DNA of 64,000 nucleotides from the IMG/VR virus record IMGVR_UViG_3300025120_000017, positions 96,001-160,000 of that record; one strand, written 5' to 3'. Under the pieces are notes generated by a model that searched no databases, was not told the origin of the DNA, and saw only the letters and a list, made by a program, of their open reading frames with translations. Positions 9,248 to 18,966 of the stretch are shown here, one piece after another. Each line of letters begins with the position of its first letter. Position 1 is the first letter of the stretch. Origin of the DNA: a virus. The translations under genes and the position numbers were made by a program.

Positions 9248-10552
9248 TTAATTATTTTGTGCTTCTTCTGCGTCTATTACCTCTACAGAATCATCTATCT
9301 CAGTATCTACATATTTACCTTCTCTAAAAATAGTGTTACCTTTAATTTGCATTCGGTCTAATGTAATAAATTTTCCATTTATATATCCATTTATGACTTT
9401 ACCGCTTTCATGGTGACCATCCTTAAGTCTAGTCTTCTTTAAATCGCATGAAATTGTATCAGTGTTTGTTAAGTCACATTTACTTGTTTTACTATCTTGT
9501 AATATTGCATTATCTATCACGCATTGTATAAACCTACAGTTATGAAAAATTACCCTATGTGAATCTATCACAGTATCCTTAAAACTAATATCAACAAACT
9601 CAAGCAATGATTCGTCTGAGTCATAATTTATTTTTCCTGCCATGCCATAAGGAATGTTTTCCATCTGTTGCATTAGTGGAAAAAATACTTGTATTATTTT
9701 ATGGAACTGTGATTTAACTGCTTCAGAATTATCATTACCATCAACAGATAACTTAAGTTTTTTAAATATGTTCTTAAAATTAAAATAATCTTTACTTGCT
9801 AAAAAAAGTTTATGCTTTTTATCTACTATAGATTTAAGAATCTTATTATCTTCTTTATCATATGGTTTATTATATGATAAAATTAATGAATCAATAAAAT
9901 AGTCCATTAACTCAATAGTTTCATCAGATCTAATTGCATATTTAGGTCCTCCTAAATATCTAAATTCTAAATAACCTTTTGATAATTTAGTAAAGTTTAT
10001 TCCATAGTACTTATTACTTGGAAATACATAATTTGTTTTATTAAATGTTAAATTATCAATGGCATAACTGCCATGTCTAGGGAAAATAGATTTAATGGTT
10101 TTGGCATATATATTATTTTTTCTATCTGGAAAATATTTATAAACCAAATCCTCATCAAAATCAATAATATATTTAAGAATGTCAATGTTTTGAATATACC
10201 TACCTTCTATATTAATGTTAATATGTATACCACATCTTTCATTAAGTGATATTTTTTTATCTTCTCTTATAAACTTAAGCATGTTTAGTAAGACAATTCT
10301 TGCTAATGGATATGATATAGGCCCAGTAACAACCTCAACTAGGCTTACGCCTCCTGAAAAATCTGGCTCCATTTTCCAATGGTCATTTGTTGGTATAAAG
10401 TCAGAATGATGTTCTTTTTCTAATTTAACATCAACTTTAAATATTTTTTTGATTTTTTTCTTAATTTCTCCTAAGTTATATTTAGGATCTCTTAAAAATT
10501 CAAACTCAAACCCTATTTGTGACTTAGTTTGTTTAATTTCGTTAGGAGTCAT
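9248..10552 (-). CDS. Putative amidoligase (COOH-NH2 ligase type 2) with C-terminal beta-helix-like repeats
   Basis: IGFEFEF, EVVTGP, CGIHINI, KYYGINF and LEFRY motifs; repetitive C-terminus (FHNCRFIQC...TISCDL). Confidence 0.8.
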   Translation of the reverse strand: MTPNEIKQTKSQIGFEFEFLRDPKYNLGEIKKKIKKIFKVDVKLEKEHHSDFIPTNDHWKMEPDFSGGVSLVEVVTGPISYPLARIVLLNMLKFIREDKKISLNERCGIHININIEGRYIQNIDILKYIIDFDEDLVYKYFPDRKNNIYAKTIKSIFPRHGSYAIDNLTFNKTNYVFPSNKYYGINFTKLSKGYLEFRYLGGPKYAIRSDETIELMDYFIDSLILSYNKPYDKEDNKILKSIVDKKHKLFLASKDYFNFKNIFKKLKLSVDGNDNSEAVKSQFHKIIQVFFPLMQQMENIPYGMAGKINYDSDESLLEFVDISFKDTVIDSHRVIFHNCRFIQCVIDNAILQDSKTSKCDLTNTDTISCDLKKTRLKDGHHESGKVINGYINGKFITLDRMQIKGNTIFREGKYVDTEIDDSVEVIDAEEAQNN

Positions 10553-10572
10553 CTATTACGCATATCTTTTAA

Positions 10573-10581
10573 TATTTAATA
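10573..10581 (-). promoter_or_regulatory. Putative late promoter TATTAAATA
   Basis: 20 nt upstream of the amidoligase ATG, immediately after a terminator. Confidence 0.65.
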
Positions 10582-10609
10582 AAAAAGACGCAGTATAATT
10601 ACTGCGTCT
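10581..10609 (-). terminator. Rho-independent terminator after the S1-like gene
   Basis: Perfect 10-bp stem agacgcagta/tactgcgtct with a 4-nt loop, followed by a T-run on the minus strand. Confidence 0.85.
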
Positions 10610-10645
10610 CTTTGAACATTTTTAAAACATGTCTTTTATATAAAA

Positions 10646-11770
10646 TTAAACAAATGATAAATCATATTTTCCATTATTAATGTTTATGATTTTGCATTCT
10701 ACTTTATCATTACGTTCTACCTCAACATTTTTCATTTTTGATATATGTACTAGACCACTTGTATTTTTATCAAATTTAACAAATGCACCGTATGAAGTAA
10801 GTTTAGTTACTCTACCTTTTACTATTTCGTTTTTCTTATATTTAACTTCCTTTAATGCTGTTAAATCCACTTCAAATCTTGATAGGATAATTCTCTTAGG
10901 ATTAATTATTTCTTTTAAGAAAAATTCAATCTCTACACCAGGCTTAACCTGACTATTGTCAAATAATTCCTTAAGGCCTTCATCAAATTCATCTTTATGA
11001 ATTAACCCTGTGAGAACTTCATTAAACTCAACAAATATACCAAAATGCGTAGTATCAGTTACTTTTCCAGTATACTTATCACCTACCACAAGATCTTGTA
11101 ATTTTATAGGAATTAAAGTTTTTAAATATTCTCGATGAGATACGATAAGAGTGTTTTTATACTTAGAATAACTATTATTATTTTTAACAGTCATTACTTT
11201 AATGGTTTCTCCAACAAGATCATTAAAATCAACTAATCTGTTTATTCCACCTAAGCTACCTGGCATAAATACATCAAGACCTAGAATATCAAGGTCATAT
11301 CCATTATTTGATAGCCTTAATACCTTAGCATCATATACTTTCTTAGAATCCCAATCTGTCATATCATCATATAGCTCTTTCCTGATCTTTCCAGTAATAG
11401 ATGCTTTTAAATACTCAGAACTTTCTTGATCTTGAGTGATAATTACTTCAATTTCCTGACCAATAGAAAAGTCGCTTGGATTTAGTTTATCCTTATCAAC
11501 AGACACGTATGCAAGTTCTCTATGCCCAACATCTAAAGATATTTCACCCTCAGTAATAGAAACAATTCTTCCTAGAACTACTTCGCCAGTGCATAATGAA
11601 TATTTTTTAACAGGAGTTACTCCATTAAAATAGTCTTCATATGATTTTGCTAAATCTTTTGCATAAGGCTCTGTTGATAGAATTTTTAAGCCTGATTTTG
11701 TTTGAAATGGTTGTTCAGCCGTGAACACGGAAATGTTTTTAGGATCCCCATAAACTTCTGTAGAGTTCAT
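10646..11770 (-). CDS. rpsA: Ribosomal protein S1 (bS1)-like protein, four S1 domains
   Basis: Four S1/OB repeats: GEVVLGRIV..; VYDAKV..VFMPGS; YTGKVTDTTHFGIFVEF..GLIH; VKGRVTKLTSYGAFV..GLVHIS. Confidence 0.85.
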   Translation of the reverse strand: MNSTEVYGDPKNISVFTAEQPFQTKSGLKILSTEPYAKDLAKSYEDYFNGVTPVKKYSLCTGEVVLGRIVSITEGEISLDVGHRELAYVSVDKDKLNPSDFSIGQEIEVIITQDQESSEYLKASITGKIRKELYDDMTDWDSKKVYDAKVLRLSNNGYDLDILGLDVFMPGSLGGINRLVDFNDLVGETIKVMTVKNNNSYSKYKNTLIVSHREYLKTLIPIKLQDLVVGDKYTGKVTDTTHFGIFVEFNEVLTGLIHKDEFDEGLKELFDNSQVKPGVEIEFFLKEIINPKRIILSRFEVDLTALKEVKYKKNEIVKGRVTKLTSYGAFVKFDKNTSGLVHISKMKNVEVERNDKVECKIININNGKYDLSFV

Positions 11771-11794
11771 ATTTTTTATTTTTAAGTGTATAAT

Positions 11795-12322
11795 TTATTT
11801 AATAGTAAATCCGATTACTGGTACTGAGATTTTAGGAGGTGGAGCTCCTGCCACTGCAAGACCATTATATAAAAATGATATAGTTTTTGCATGTCCGCTA
11901 AAGACATTAAATAATGCGCTTGTTATATTATCATAATCAGCGCTTTCTTCAAATAGAGGCAATGTAGGTGGTATTGGAGGTGTTGATATTGTGACTACTC
12001 CTGAATCAACTAAAGACATTCCAATTGTAGGAATAGCAGGTAGTTTAAGACTACCTGTTGCCCATGCAGCAATAAGAGATGCTTCTATTAAAGTAAATTG
12101 CATGTATGATCCTGGAATAGATTCAGATAATTTAATTTGTGCTACTATTGCACTTTTGATGAGTGTATAATTAATTCCACTCCATCTGTTCATATTTGAA
12201 TCTTTACCATTGCTGACAGCATCTTTATAATTATCAACAATAAGACCAGCAACATCTACTATGCTGCCAGAATTATTTAAGTTATCTTTAAATGATTGTT
12301 CTAAATCAGATTTTAGGCCCAC
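11795..12322 (-). CDS. Hypothetical protein (Pro-rich, likely virion-associated)
   Basis: GTG-start ORF in the structural region. Confidence 0.6.
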   Translation of the reverse strand: MGLKSDLEQSFKDNLNNSGSIVDVAGLIVDNYKDAVSNGKDSNMNRWSGINYTLIKSAIVAQIKLSESIPGSYMQFTLIEASLIAAWATGSLKLPAIPTIGMSLVDSGVVTISTPPIPPTLPLFEESADYDNITSALFNVFSGHAKTISFLYNGLAVAGAPPPKISVPVIGFTIK

Positions 12323-12325
12323 CGT

Positions 12326-13309
12326 TTATTTAAGTTTAGTTAATAAATCAGACCATAAATCAACTCTTGAAATATCAGGAAAGTTATATCCTGATTTTTT
12401 TCCTCTCATATCTTCAACACCGACTTCTTTTTCAAGATGCTTTATAACCATTTTAGTAATATCTTTATCGTTAAAACGTATAATAGGCTTTTCCATTATA
12501 GGTGAATAAGGACCTCCATACATATTATATTGACCTTCTTGAATAGCAAATATTTCTTTACCAAATTTTGTTTTACCTTTTACTTTAAAAGTGTTGCTGC
12601 TCCACTCTATATAGCCTTCTAATAGATCCAACTCAGCAGCAATTTGACTAGCTGCATCCTCTTCACTACTGTTATATTCTGCCCAAAGGGATCTATCAAT
12701 ATCATACTCTACGTTAATCTCTGCAGGAATCATTATTTTATCTCTTAAAACTCCTTCATTAACTGATTCCATTTTACCAGATGATAGGTCTTTAAGATCT
12801 TTATTAGCATTATCTATGTTTTTACTTTCTCTTTTGAATATTCCAATAAATTTCTTAACAACACTTTTTAAACCTTGTATCATTTTAGAAAGAATATTTT
12901 CATCGATACTTTCAGATTCATTTGTTCCTATTTCAAAAGAATGTCCTATATTGGTTATCTTTTTAGAAGCTGCTAAAGATTCTTCTAATATGTTTCTTGT
13001 TGCTGAATTAACTTTACCTAAAGCCATTTCAAACGCATTCTTATACGAAGCTGAACTTCTCTCATGTGCAAATCTTTTAATCTTTATCAAATAATCATCA
13101 GTTTCTGCTAGCTTTTCACCAGTTTCCTGCATTGAATCCAATAAAGGTGTTATTTGCTTACCATATTCACCAAATTGTTTTTTAGCTTCTTTAAGCTTTG
13201 CTGATAGTTGATTAATCTCTTCTTGTAAAAGATAAAAATCATCCATTGATGCAACAATTGAAGGGTCTTCTATTTTAGATTCTTTTATAAAATTTCGTAA
13301 ACTTTTCAT
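12326..13309 (-). CDS. Putative internal head (poly)protein with capsid-targeting-like N-terminus
   Basis: MKSLRNFIKE start; internal ESESIDE and MESVNE linkers; own late-type promoter. Confidence 0.6.
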   Translation of the reverse strand: MKSLRNFIKESKIEDPSIVASMDDFYLLQEEINQLSAKLKEAKKQFGEYGKQITPLLDSMQETGEKLAETDDYLIKIKRFAHERSSASYKNAFEMALGKVNSATRNILEESLAASKKITNIGHSFEIGTNESESIDENILSKMIQGLKSVVKKFIGIFKRESKNIDNANKDLKDLSSGKMESVNEGVLRDKIMIPAEINVEYDIDRSLWAEYNSSEEDAASQIAAELDLLEGYIEWSSNTFKVKGKTKFGKEIFAIQEGQYNMYGGPYSPIMEKPIIRFNDKDITKMVIKHLEKEVGVEDMRGKKSGYNFPDISRVDLWSDLLTKLK

Positions 13310-13328
13310 TTTAACTCATTTCTTTTTA

Positions 13329-13337
13329 TATTTAATC
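13329..13337 (-). promoter_or_regulatory. Putative late promoter GATTAAATA
   Basis: 19 nt upstream of the ATG at 13309. Confidence 0.55.
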
Positions 13338-14079
13338 ACTCAGGATCAATCGTAACCAATTTACTTTTAAAGTTTACAAAATCTGTTTTAAATTTGCTTG
13401 CTAATGCGGCCCAATTAGGCGATGAACCTATTGGACCACTAGGTCCTGTGGGTGTTGGTATTGCTGATATCTTAGCCAATTCAGTTATAAATGAATTAAG
13501 TAACTCTTCAAGAGTATCTCCTAATACTGCAGGCTCTGCAGATATATCTTCAGAACCAATGCTAATGCCATTATCGCTAATATGAATAGATTTTTGCGTC
13601 TTTCCATTAGATAATAAAATACTTTCATCTTCATTTTTAATTTGAATATATGTTAAGTTTTTTCTTATTATCAATCCTTGAGTTTCTGTATAAAAAATTT
13701 CAAGAGTCCTTTCTTCTCCTGGGGTACCTTCACCATCTTCTCCTAGTTTTTTATCATACATTAATGACCATACTTTAGGATAATCTTCACCGTATTCCGC
13801 TAAGAGGTCTTCAGAGTTTTTTATAGTTGTAAAATAAAATGGAACATAGTCATCATCATTCTCAAAAAACGTATTAATTATATCACCTACTTTAGGTATT
13901 ATACAAGTTCCTGTGCTTAGTTGATTATATGGAATAGCCCAAGGAATTACGCCCTCTTCAAGCTCATCATATTTAGAAAAGATTTTAATTTTAACTCTAC
14001 CTAATTGAAGCGGGTCATCTGTTCTAATAACTTCTCCAATCCAAATAGTACCAACAAGGACATCTTTAAAATACTTCAT
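13336..14079 (-). CDS. Baseplate spike/hub protein (gp5/VgrG OB-fold), no lysozyme domain
   Basis: WIGEV..TDDPLQLGRVKIKI..IPWAIP..IPKVGDIINTFF; C-terminal AEPAVLGDTL..PTPTGPSGP. Confidence 0.85.
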   Translation of the reverse strand: MKYFKDVLVGTIWIGEVIRTDDPLQLGRVKIKIFSKYDELEEGVIPWAIPYNQLSTGTCIIPKVGDIINTFFENDDDYVPFYFTTIKNSEDLLAEYGEDYPKVWSLMYDKKLGEDGEGTPGEERTLEIFYTETQGLIIRKNLTYIQIKNEDESILLSNGKTQKSIHISDNGISIGSEDISAEPAVLGDTLEELLNSFITELAKISAIPTPTGPSGPIGSSPNWAALASKFKTDFVNFKSKLVTIDPE

Positions 14080-15326
14080 TAATCATTTATATTTTGTATG
14101 AATGTAGGAGTTTCACCATCTAGTAAATTATTACCTAATTCATCAATCTTACTTCTTACACCAGCAGCACCTGCACTTACTATACTTCCTGCACTAAATC
14201 CATATACATTTCCTAAGAACAATGAACTAAGCCCAGCTGTTACTGCATTTGTTACTGAAGCTAATGCATCTTTTTTAAGGTCTTCTATAAACCCTTCTGT
14301 TGCATTTTTAAGTTCATCTGCTGCTTTTGCTTTTGCTTTTGCTATTTCATCTTTTAAGTTAAATGCATCGCTAGCACCGTCTACATTAGAAGATGTTTGA
14401 ATTCCACCTCCACCTAATAAGCTTTTATTAAATTCGCCTAGACCACCTCCGCTTAAATTTGTTATAATGTTATTTACATAATCTTTAACATACCAGAATT
14501 TTTTATCATCTGATTTATATAACATGCTAAGTATTTTAAATAGATTACTTTCTTCTACTAATTCATAATCAAATATTAAACTTTGTTGAGCTGCTTCATT
14601 ACCTCCATTATTAATTGAACTAAATAAATCTCCACCTGAGCCCATGTTAATTTCAACAAATGAAAAATCAAACATAAATTGGCTATACTCAAATTCACTT
14701 TCGCCAAAAAATGTTTTATTTACTTCTTCTGAGTTTGAATTAGGTTTAGGTTCAACGCCATCAATCTTATCACCTGCAAGAGATTGCATAAATGTTCTAT
14801 TATCATAAACCATCACGCCCATTTCAAAATGTCTTAGGTTATCTGTTAGTACTTCTCTCTTATGTACCCAATCATATGTAGCTTTTCTGTATAAATCAAC
14901 TAGTGCACTCATTCTTAAGTCTAAAGATTCTATGCATGCTATTGTAATTTGTCCTTTAATTTCAGGTTTTTCTATTTCAGCTCGTCTTTTCCAACATTCA
15001 TCTAATCCTGTTATTGATTGAAAGTACCACGGATATTCCTTATTAATCTTTTGTAGTAAATTAACAAAAGTATCAAGCATTTTAAACCTAGTAGTGTCTC
15101 CTATTTGATTTAAGTAATATCTAGCAGAATTTGAATTTGATGCTGCGCCTAATAATCCACCATGATTAGAATCATTAATTCCTCTAAAAAATAACTTAAA
15201 TCCTAAATATGTAGGGTCTTCAAACTGTGCTAAAGTATCTTTAGAATTAGTTCGAGTTTTAAACTTACTAAGATCTTCATTCTTTATATAATTAACGCCG
15301 TTTGTATTTTTACTCTCAATTCCCAT
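14079..15326 (-). CDS. Tail tube-like / baseplate tube initiator protein
   Basis: Located between gp27-like and gp5-like genes; tube-fold-like segments (ITIACIESLDLR, LIFDYE). Confidence 0.45.
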   Translation of the reverse strand: MGIESKNTNGVNYIKNEDLSKFKTRTNSKDTLAQFEDPTYLGFKLFFRGINDSNHGGLLGAASNSNSARYYLNQIGDTTRFKMLDTFVNLLQKINKEYPWYFQSITGLDECWKRRAEIEKPEIKGQITIACIESLDLRMSALVDLYRKATYDWVHKREVLTDNLRHFEMGVMVYDNRTFMQSLAGDKIDGVEPKPNSNSEEVNKTFFGESEFEYSQFMFDFSFVEINMGSGGDLFSSINNGGNEAAQQSLIFDYELVEESNLFKILSMLYKSDDKKFWYVKDYVNNIITNLSGGGLGEFNKSLLGGGGIQTSSNVDGASDAFNLKDEIAKAKAKAADELKNATEGFIEDLKKDALASVTNAVTAGLSSLFLGNVYGFSAGSIVSAGAAGVRSKIDELGNNLLDGETPTFIQNIND

Positions 15327-15330
15327 TTAA

Positions 15331-16791
15331 TTATTTACTTTGATTTATATTACCTCCTGGATAAGGCATTGGCCATTCTCTTCTTATAAGGTATACAATT
15401 TGAGCAAATGAGCCATCTTTTTGCCAAACAATATCATAATCTTTAACAACATACCACCCAGATAAGAAATTATCAATTAAGTATCCCTGTGGATCAGTGT
15501 ATGCTTCTTCAGTTTTTTGCTCTCTCCCTGCTAGTTCATCACCTGCAGCTCTCCTATCTTTTGCTTGCTGACCTTGCTTAAATATTGATATTGGAATGCT
15601 TTTATATTTTAAAATACTACTTGAAATTCCATTAAGAGCAATAACAAGTCCCATTTTATTTATTTCTGTATTATTTTGATAGTTTTGTATTTTAGCATAG
15701 TGATAATTAGGATGTAAACTGCCTTCATTATCTGTACTATATCTTCTGCCAAAATATTTATATTTTATTTGATTTTCATAACTATTATCACCTGCTTTAC
15801 CTTTAAGAATTACATTATCCGTTTCAGCACCTTGTGTTGTTAAAGGATCAACAAAAAAACTCTCAAATTCATTAGTGTCCATATTAAAAGAATCTGCAAA
15901 TCTTTTATATCCATTTCTCATCCAAATATCTCCTGCATTGTTAAAAAGTGAATATGACATAATAAAAGATGAACTAGTTTGCATGTTTTTATGATTACTT
16001 AACATAAACTTTTCTTGTACTCCTTCAGGCCCATCATTATCCTTGTCTTGATTTGAAAAAGTTGCCGCATCATAATCACCGCTTTGTAATGGGCCTTCTG
16101 TTTGAAAGCAACTATTTACATTTACAAAATTTAAGTAATACCATAAATCTACATAAGAAGTAAAAAAAGAATCCTCATCTTTATATGATGCATCAGTGGT
16201 CTTTTGTATAAATTCCTGTATTGTATTTTTTGCATTAAATCTAGGCATCTGGTCAGCTGTATCAGTTACATTGCTGGCAAACCCTAACTGTAATGAATCA
16301 CATATATCTAATAAATGATTATATGAGCTCCCACTAGGAAACGATATACTAATATCACTTAATAAGTCAGGAATTTTCATTATACCTGACATTTTATAAT
16401 TAGTCCCTTCTTTTCGTTGATTTGATTTAATGTTAAGAATATCAAAATCTATTCTTATTTTTTTAAATTTATCATTATTAGGACTTCTCATATATACCTC
16501 AATAAGATCACCATCTTTTGGAAAATCTGCATCAAGCATATCATCTGGATCCAAGAACTGGATCATAAGAGTTGGCCTAAATCCTATAGTACTTAGTTTA
16601 AATTTAATGATATTATTATATGTTAACCTATACCCATTAATTTTCACAAATGGGTTGGCATACCCTATAAGTTTAGAGTCATCAGGAGAGTCTCCACTTT
16701 TTTCATTATAGTTTTCCTTTATAGGAGAAGGCTTTAACTTAGGCTCTTTGACTGTAAGTACATTAGATGTATTATTTCCTAATATTGACAT
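15331..16791 (-). CDS. Baseplate hub protein (gp27/GPD-like)
   Basis: PKDGDLIEVYM; C-terminal FLSGWYVVKD..VYLIRREW hub signature; gene context. Confidence 0.65.
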   Translation of the reverse strand: MSILGNNTSNVLTVKEPKLKPSPIKENYNEKSGDSPDDSKLIGYANPFVKINGYRLTYNNIIKFKLSTIGFRPTLMIQFLDPDDMLDADFPKDGDLIEVYMRSPNNDKFKKIRIDFDILNIKSNQRKEGTNYKMSGIMKIPDLLSDISISFPSGSSYNHLLDICDSLQLGFASNVTDTADQMPRFNAKNTIQEFIQKTTDASYKDEDSFFTSYVDLWYYLNFVNVNSCFQTEGPLQSGDYDAATFSNQDKDNDGPEGVQEKFMLSNHKNMQTSSSFIMSYSLFNNAGDIWMRNGYKRFADSFNMDTNEFESFFVDPLTTQGAETDNVILKGKAGDNSYENQIKYKYFGRRYSTDNEGSLHPNYHYAKIQNYQNNTEINKMGLVIALNGISSSILKYKSIPISIFKQGQQAKDRRAAGDELAGREQKTEEAYTDPQGYLIDNFLSGWYVVKDYDIVWQKDGSFAQIVYLIRREWPMPYPGGNINQSK

Positions 16792-16793
16792 AT

Positions 16794-17300
16794 TTATAAT
16801 TTAATTCCACCATTTTTAATTTCTAAATTACTTTCTCCTGTTTTTAATGCATTAGGAGCAACATTTTCTTTAGATCCATTTTTAGTACTTTTTGATATTT
16901 GTGCAATAGCTTTAAGCCTATTATCATCTTTCTTTGATTTTTTGCTTGGGTCTATGTACTTACTATTAATTTGTGAATTGATAGCTTCTTTAGATGGATT
17001 AACATAAAAGTTTTTTGCAGGTTGTAATGCAGGAACTAAAATAAGCATGCCTTCTCTAATAGATAAAGGATCACTTATTTCATTGCATTTAAGTAATATA
17101 TCAACATAATCATCAGTCCCATATAATGAAAAGCATAATAGATCAGGTCTCTTATCATATTCATTAGTGACAATAATTCTTTTAGTTATTACAAAATCTT
17201 TAGTGTCATATCCAGGTACATATGTAGGTTCAGCAAAATCTATCATTTCTACATCATCTTTTATAATTTTAATTTTATTGTCTACTGTGTCTATCTTCAT
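16794..17300 (-). CDS. Baseplate wedge subunit (gp53-like, LysM-like)
   Basis: RPDLLCFSLYGTDDYVDILLKCNEISDPLSIREGMLILVP. Confidence 0.8.
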   Translation of the reverse strand: MKIDTVDNKIKIIKDDVEMIDFAEPTYVPGYDTKDFVITKRIIVTNEYDKRPDLLCFSLYGTDDYVDILLKCNEISDPLSIREGMLILVPALQPAKNFYVNPSKEAINSQINSKYIDPSKKSKKDDNRLKAIAQISKSTKNGSKENVAPNALKTGESNLEIKNGGIKL

Positions 17301-17315
17301 TATGTAAATATTTTT

Positions 17316-18923
17316 TTAAGCAGTTTTAATTGCTGGAAACTTCTCTTGATATACTCCTGCTACGAACTTTGAAGCTGTTTCTGCTGTATCTATTGTATTA
17401 TTAGCTGTTTGTAAAGGAGTAACCGTTTTACCACCGCCACCTGATGCTGATCTATTTCTATAATATGACTTATCAGCAAAATCTACATCAGATCCATAAT
17501 ACCTATGACCACCATAATTAAACATTTTTTGTATTGCATATTTATCTCTTGGCATAGCATGTTTAAGCTTACATGATACAATTATTGCACTAGGAACATC
17601 ATCTATAGTAAAAGGACCTTCAAAACTAATTGAAGAATCTTCTAGAGCAAGGTTACCGATCATCATGGTTGGGTTAAAGGGATTACCTACTGTTAGATGC
17701 CACTCTCCTGTGCTTTGTGCAGTTAAAAGTGAATGTAAGCTATGCATTTCAGGTCTTCCTAATTTATCAAGGCCACCTCCTACTAATTTAGCCATTGAAT
17801 TACCTCCTAAAGTTTTTCCTAAGTTTCCCATGCTTTCCATAAATCCACCACTGAATGCATTTGTGAATGTACTCTTAAGATCTTTTGCAAATGATTTTAA
17901 AAAACCTACGGTATCCCCACTTCGTAATTTACTAAAATCTCCAATAGGAGTAGCAAATCCCCCACCTCCTGTAAATCTAACAGCTCCTCCCCAAAACGGC
18001 GCTTTACTAGAAGTCATGTTTAGTATGTTACCTAGAATATCTTGAAATGCTGCTCGTGTATTTATGCCATCATATGAACGAATCTTATACTTGAATTTAA
18101 CATCAAGGTTATGTTCAAATTTTAATCCACGTGATCTAGTATAAATAGAATCTATAACATCTATAGGACCCCATGTAAAATTATCTTGATGACTTGTATA
18201 TGGGTCAAAGTCTGTTGCTGCCTGTCCTTGAAGCTTTTCTTTAGCATATCTACCATCTGAATTGAATAATCCTGCTATGTTATTTAGTTTTTTGTTACCA
18301 AATGCAGTTTTTCCTCTTTCTATTGTTTGGATTTCAGATTTGAATTCTTTCCAGTTATATCCTACAGAAAAACTAAACATAGATTCCATTGTATTATCTT
18401 CACCATCAATATAACTAATTAGCCTACTTACATCTCTTGAAGGATTTTCTAATTGATTTTTTAAATTATCTCCACATGGGTTACTAAACCTACGAAGAGT
18501 TATCATATAATTATTAGGTATTTTACCATATTTAGCAGGAAAAAGAAAATCACCTTCTTTATATTGCATTGCATGATCTACAAAATTTTCTCCAAATTCT
18601 TTTACTATATTACTGCCTGTTGGGTTTTTTAAACCAGTAGCAACATTATTATTAAAGTAATCAGTTGGAGTTCCATAAAAATCAGAGTTTGCATTACCTT
18701 GATCATTAAATTTATTAAAGTGTATGACAGATAAGCTATGTAAAAGAGATTCTCTCCCTTTAATAGGAGGCATATTTTGATTTAGCTTTTCTCCTTTTTT
18801 ACCATATTTCTTTCCTTCAGGTATATCCTTTTCAGGAGAATCTCTCCATTTCTGTCTTATTAGAGATCCTGATCCACTTTTATTTAATTTATCTAGGCTT
18901 GAATATAATACTTTAGTACTCAT
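17316..18923 (-). CDS. Baseplate tail-tube cap-like protein (gp48-like)
   Basis: RSRGLKF..KFKY, WHLTVGNPFNP..GNLALED..DDVPSAIIVSCKL; first gene of the hub operon. Confidence 0.55.
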   Translation of the reverse strand: MSTKVLYSSLDKLNKSGSGSLIRQKWRDSPEKDIPEGKKYGKKGEKLNQNMPPIKGRESLLHSLSVIHFNKFNDQGNANSDFYGTPTDYFNNNVATGLKNPTGSNIVKEFGENFVDHAMQYKEGDFLFPAKYGKIPNNYMITLRRFSNPCGDNLKNQLENPSRDVSRLISYIDGEDNTMESMFSFSVGYNWKEFKSEIQTIERGKTAFGNKKLNNIAGLFNSDGRYAKEKLQGQAATDFDPYTSHQDNFTWGPIDVIDSIYTRSRGLKFEHNLDVKFKYKIRSYDGINTRAAFQDILGNILNMTSSKAPFWGGAVRFTGGGGFATPIGDFSKLRSGDTVGFLKSFAKDLKSTFTNAFSGGFMESMGNLGKTLGGNSMAKLVGGGLDKLGRPEMHSLHSLLTAQSTGEWHLTVGNPFNPTMMIGNLALEDSSISFEGPFTIDDVPSAIIVSCKLKHAMPRDKYAIQKMFNYGGHRYYGSDVDFADKSYYRNRSASGGGGKTVTPLQTANNTIDTAETASKFVAGVYQEKFPAIKTA

Positions 18924-18966
18924 AGAGAAAAGATGTATTTATATTATTTATTATACATCTTTCTCT
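18924..18966 (-). promoter_or_regulatory. Hairpin abutting the ATG with promoter-like TAATAAATA (18945-18953) in its loop
   Basis: Minus strand reads AGAGAAAGATGTAT-loop-ATACATCTTTTCTCT-ATG: 14 bp stem with one bulge. Confidence 0.75.
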
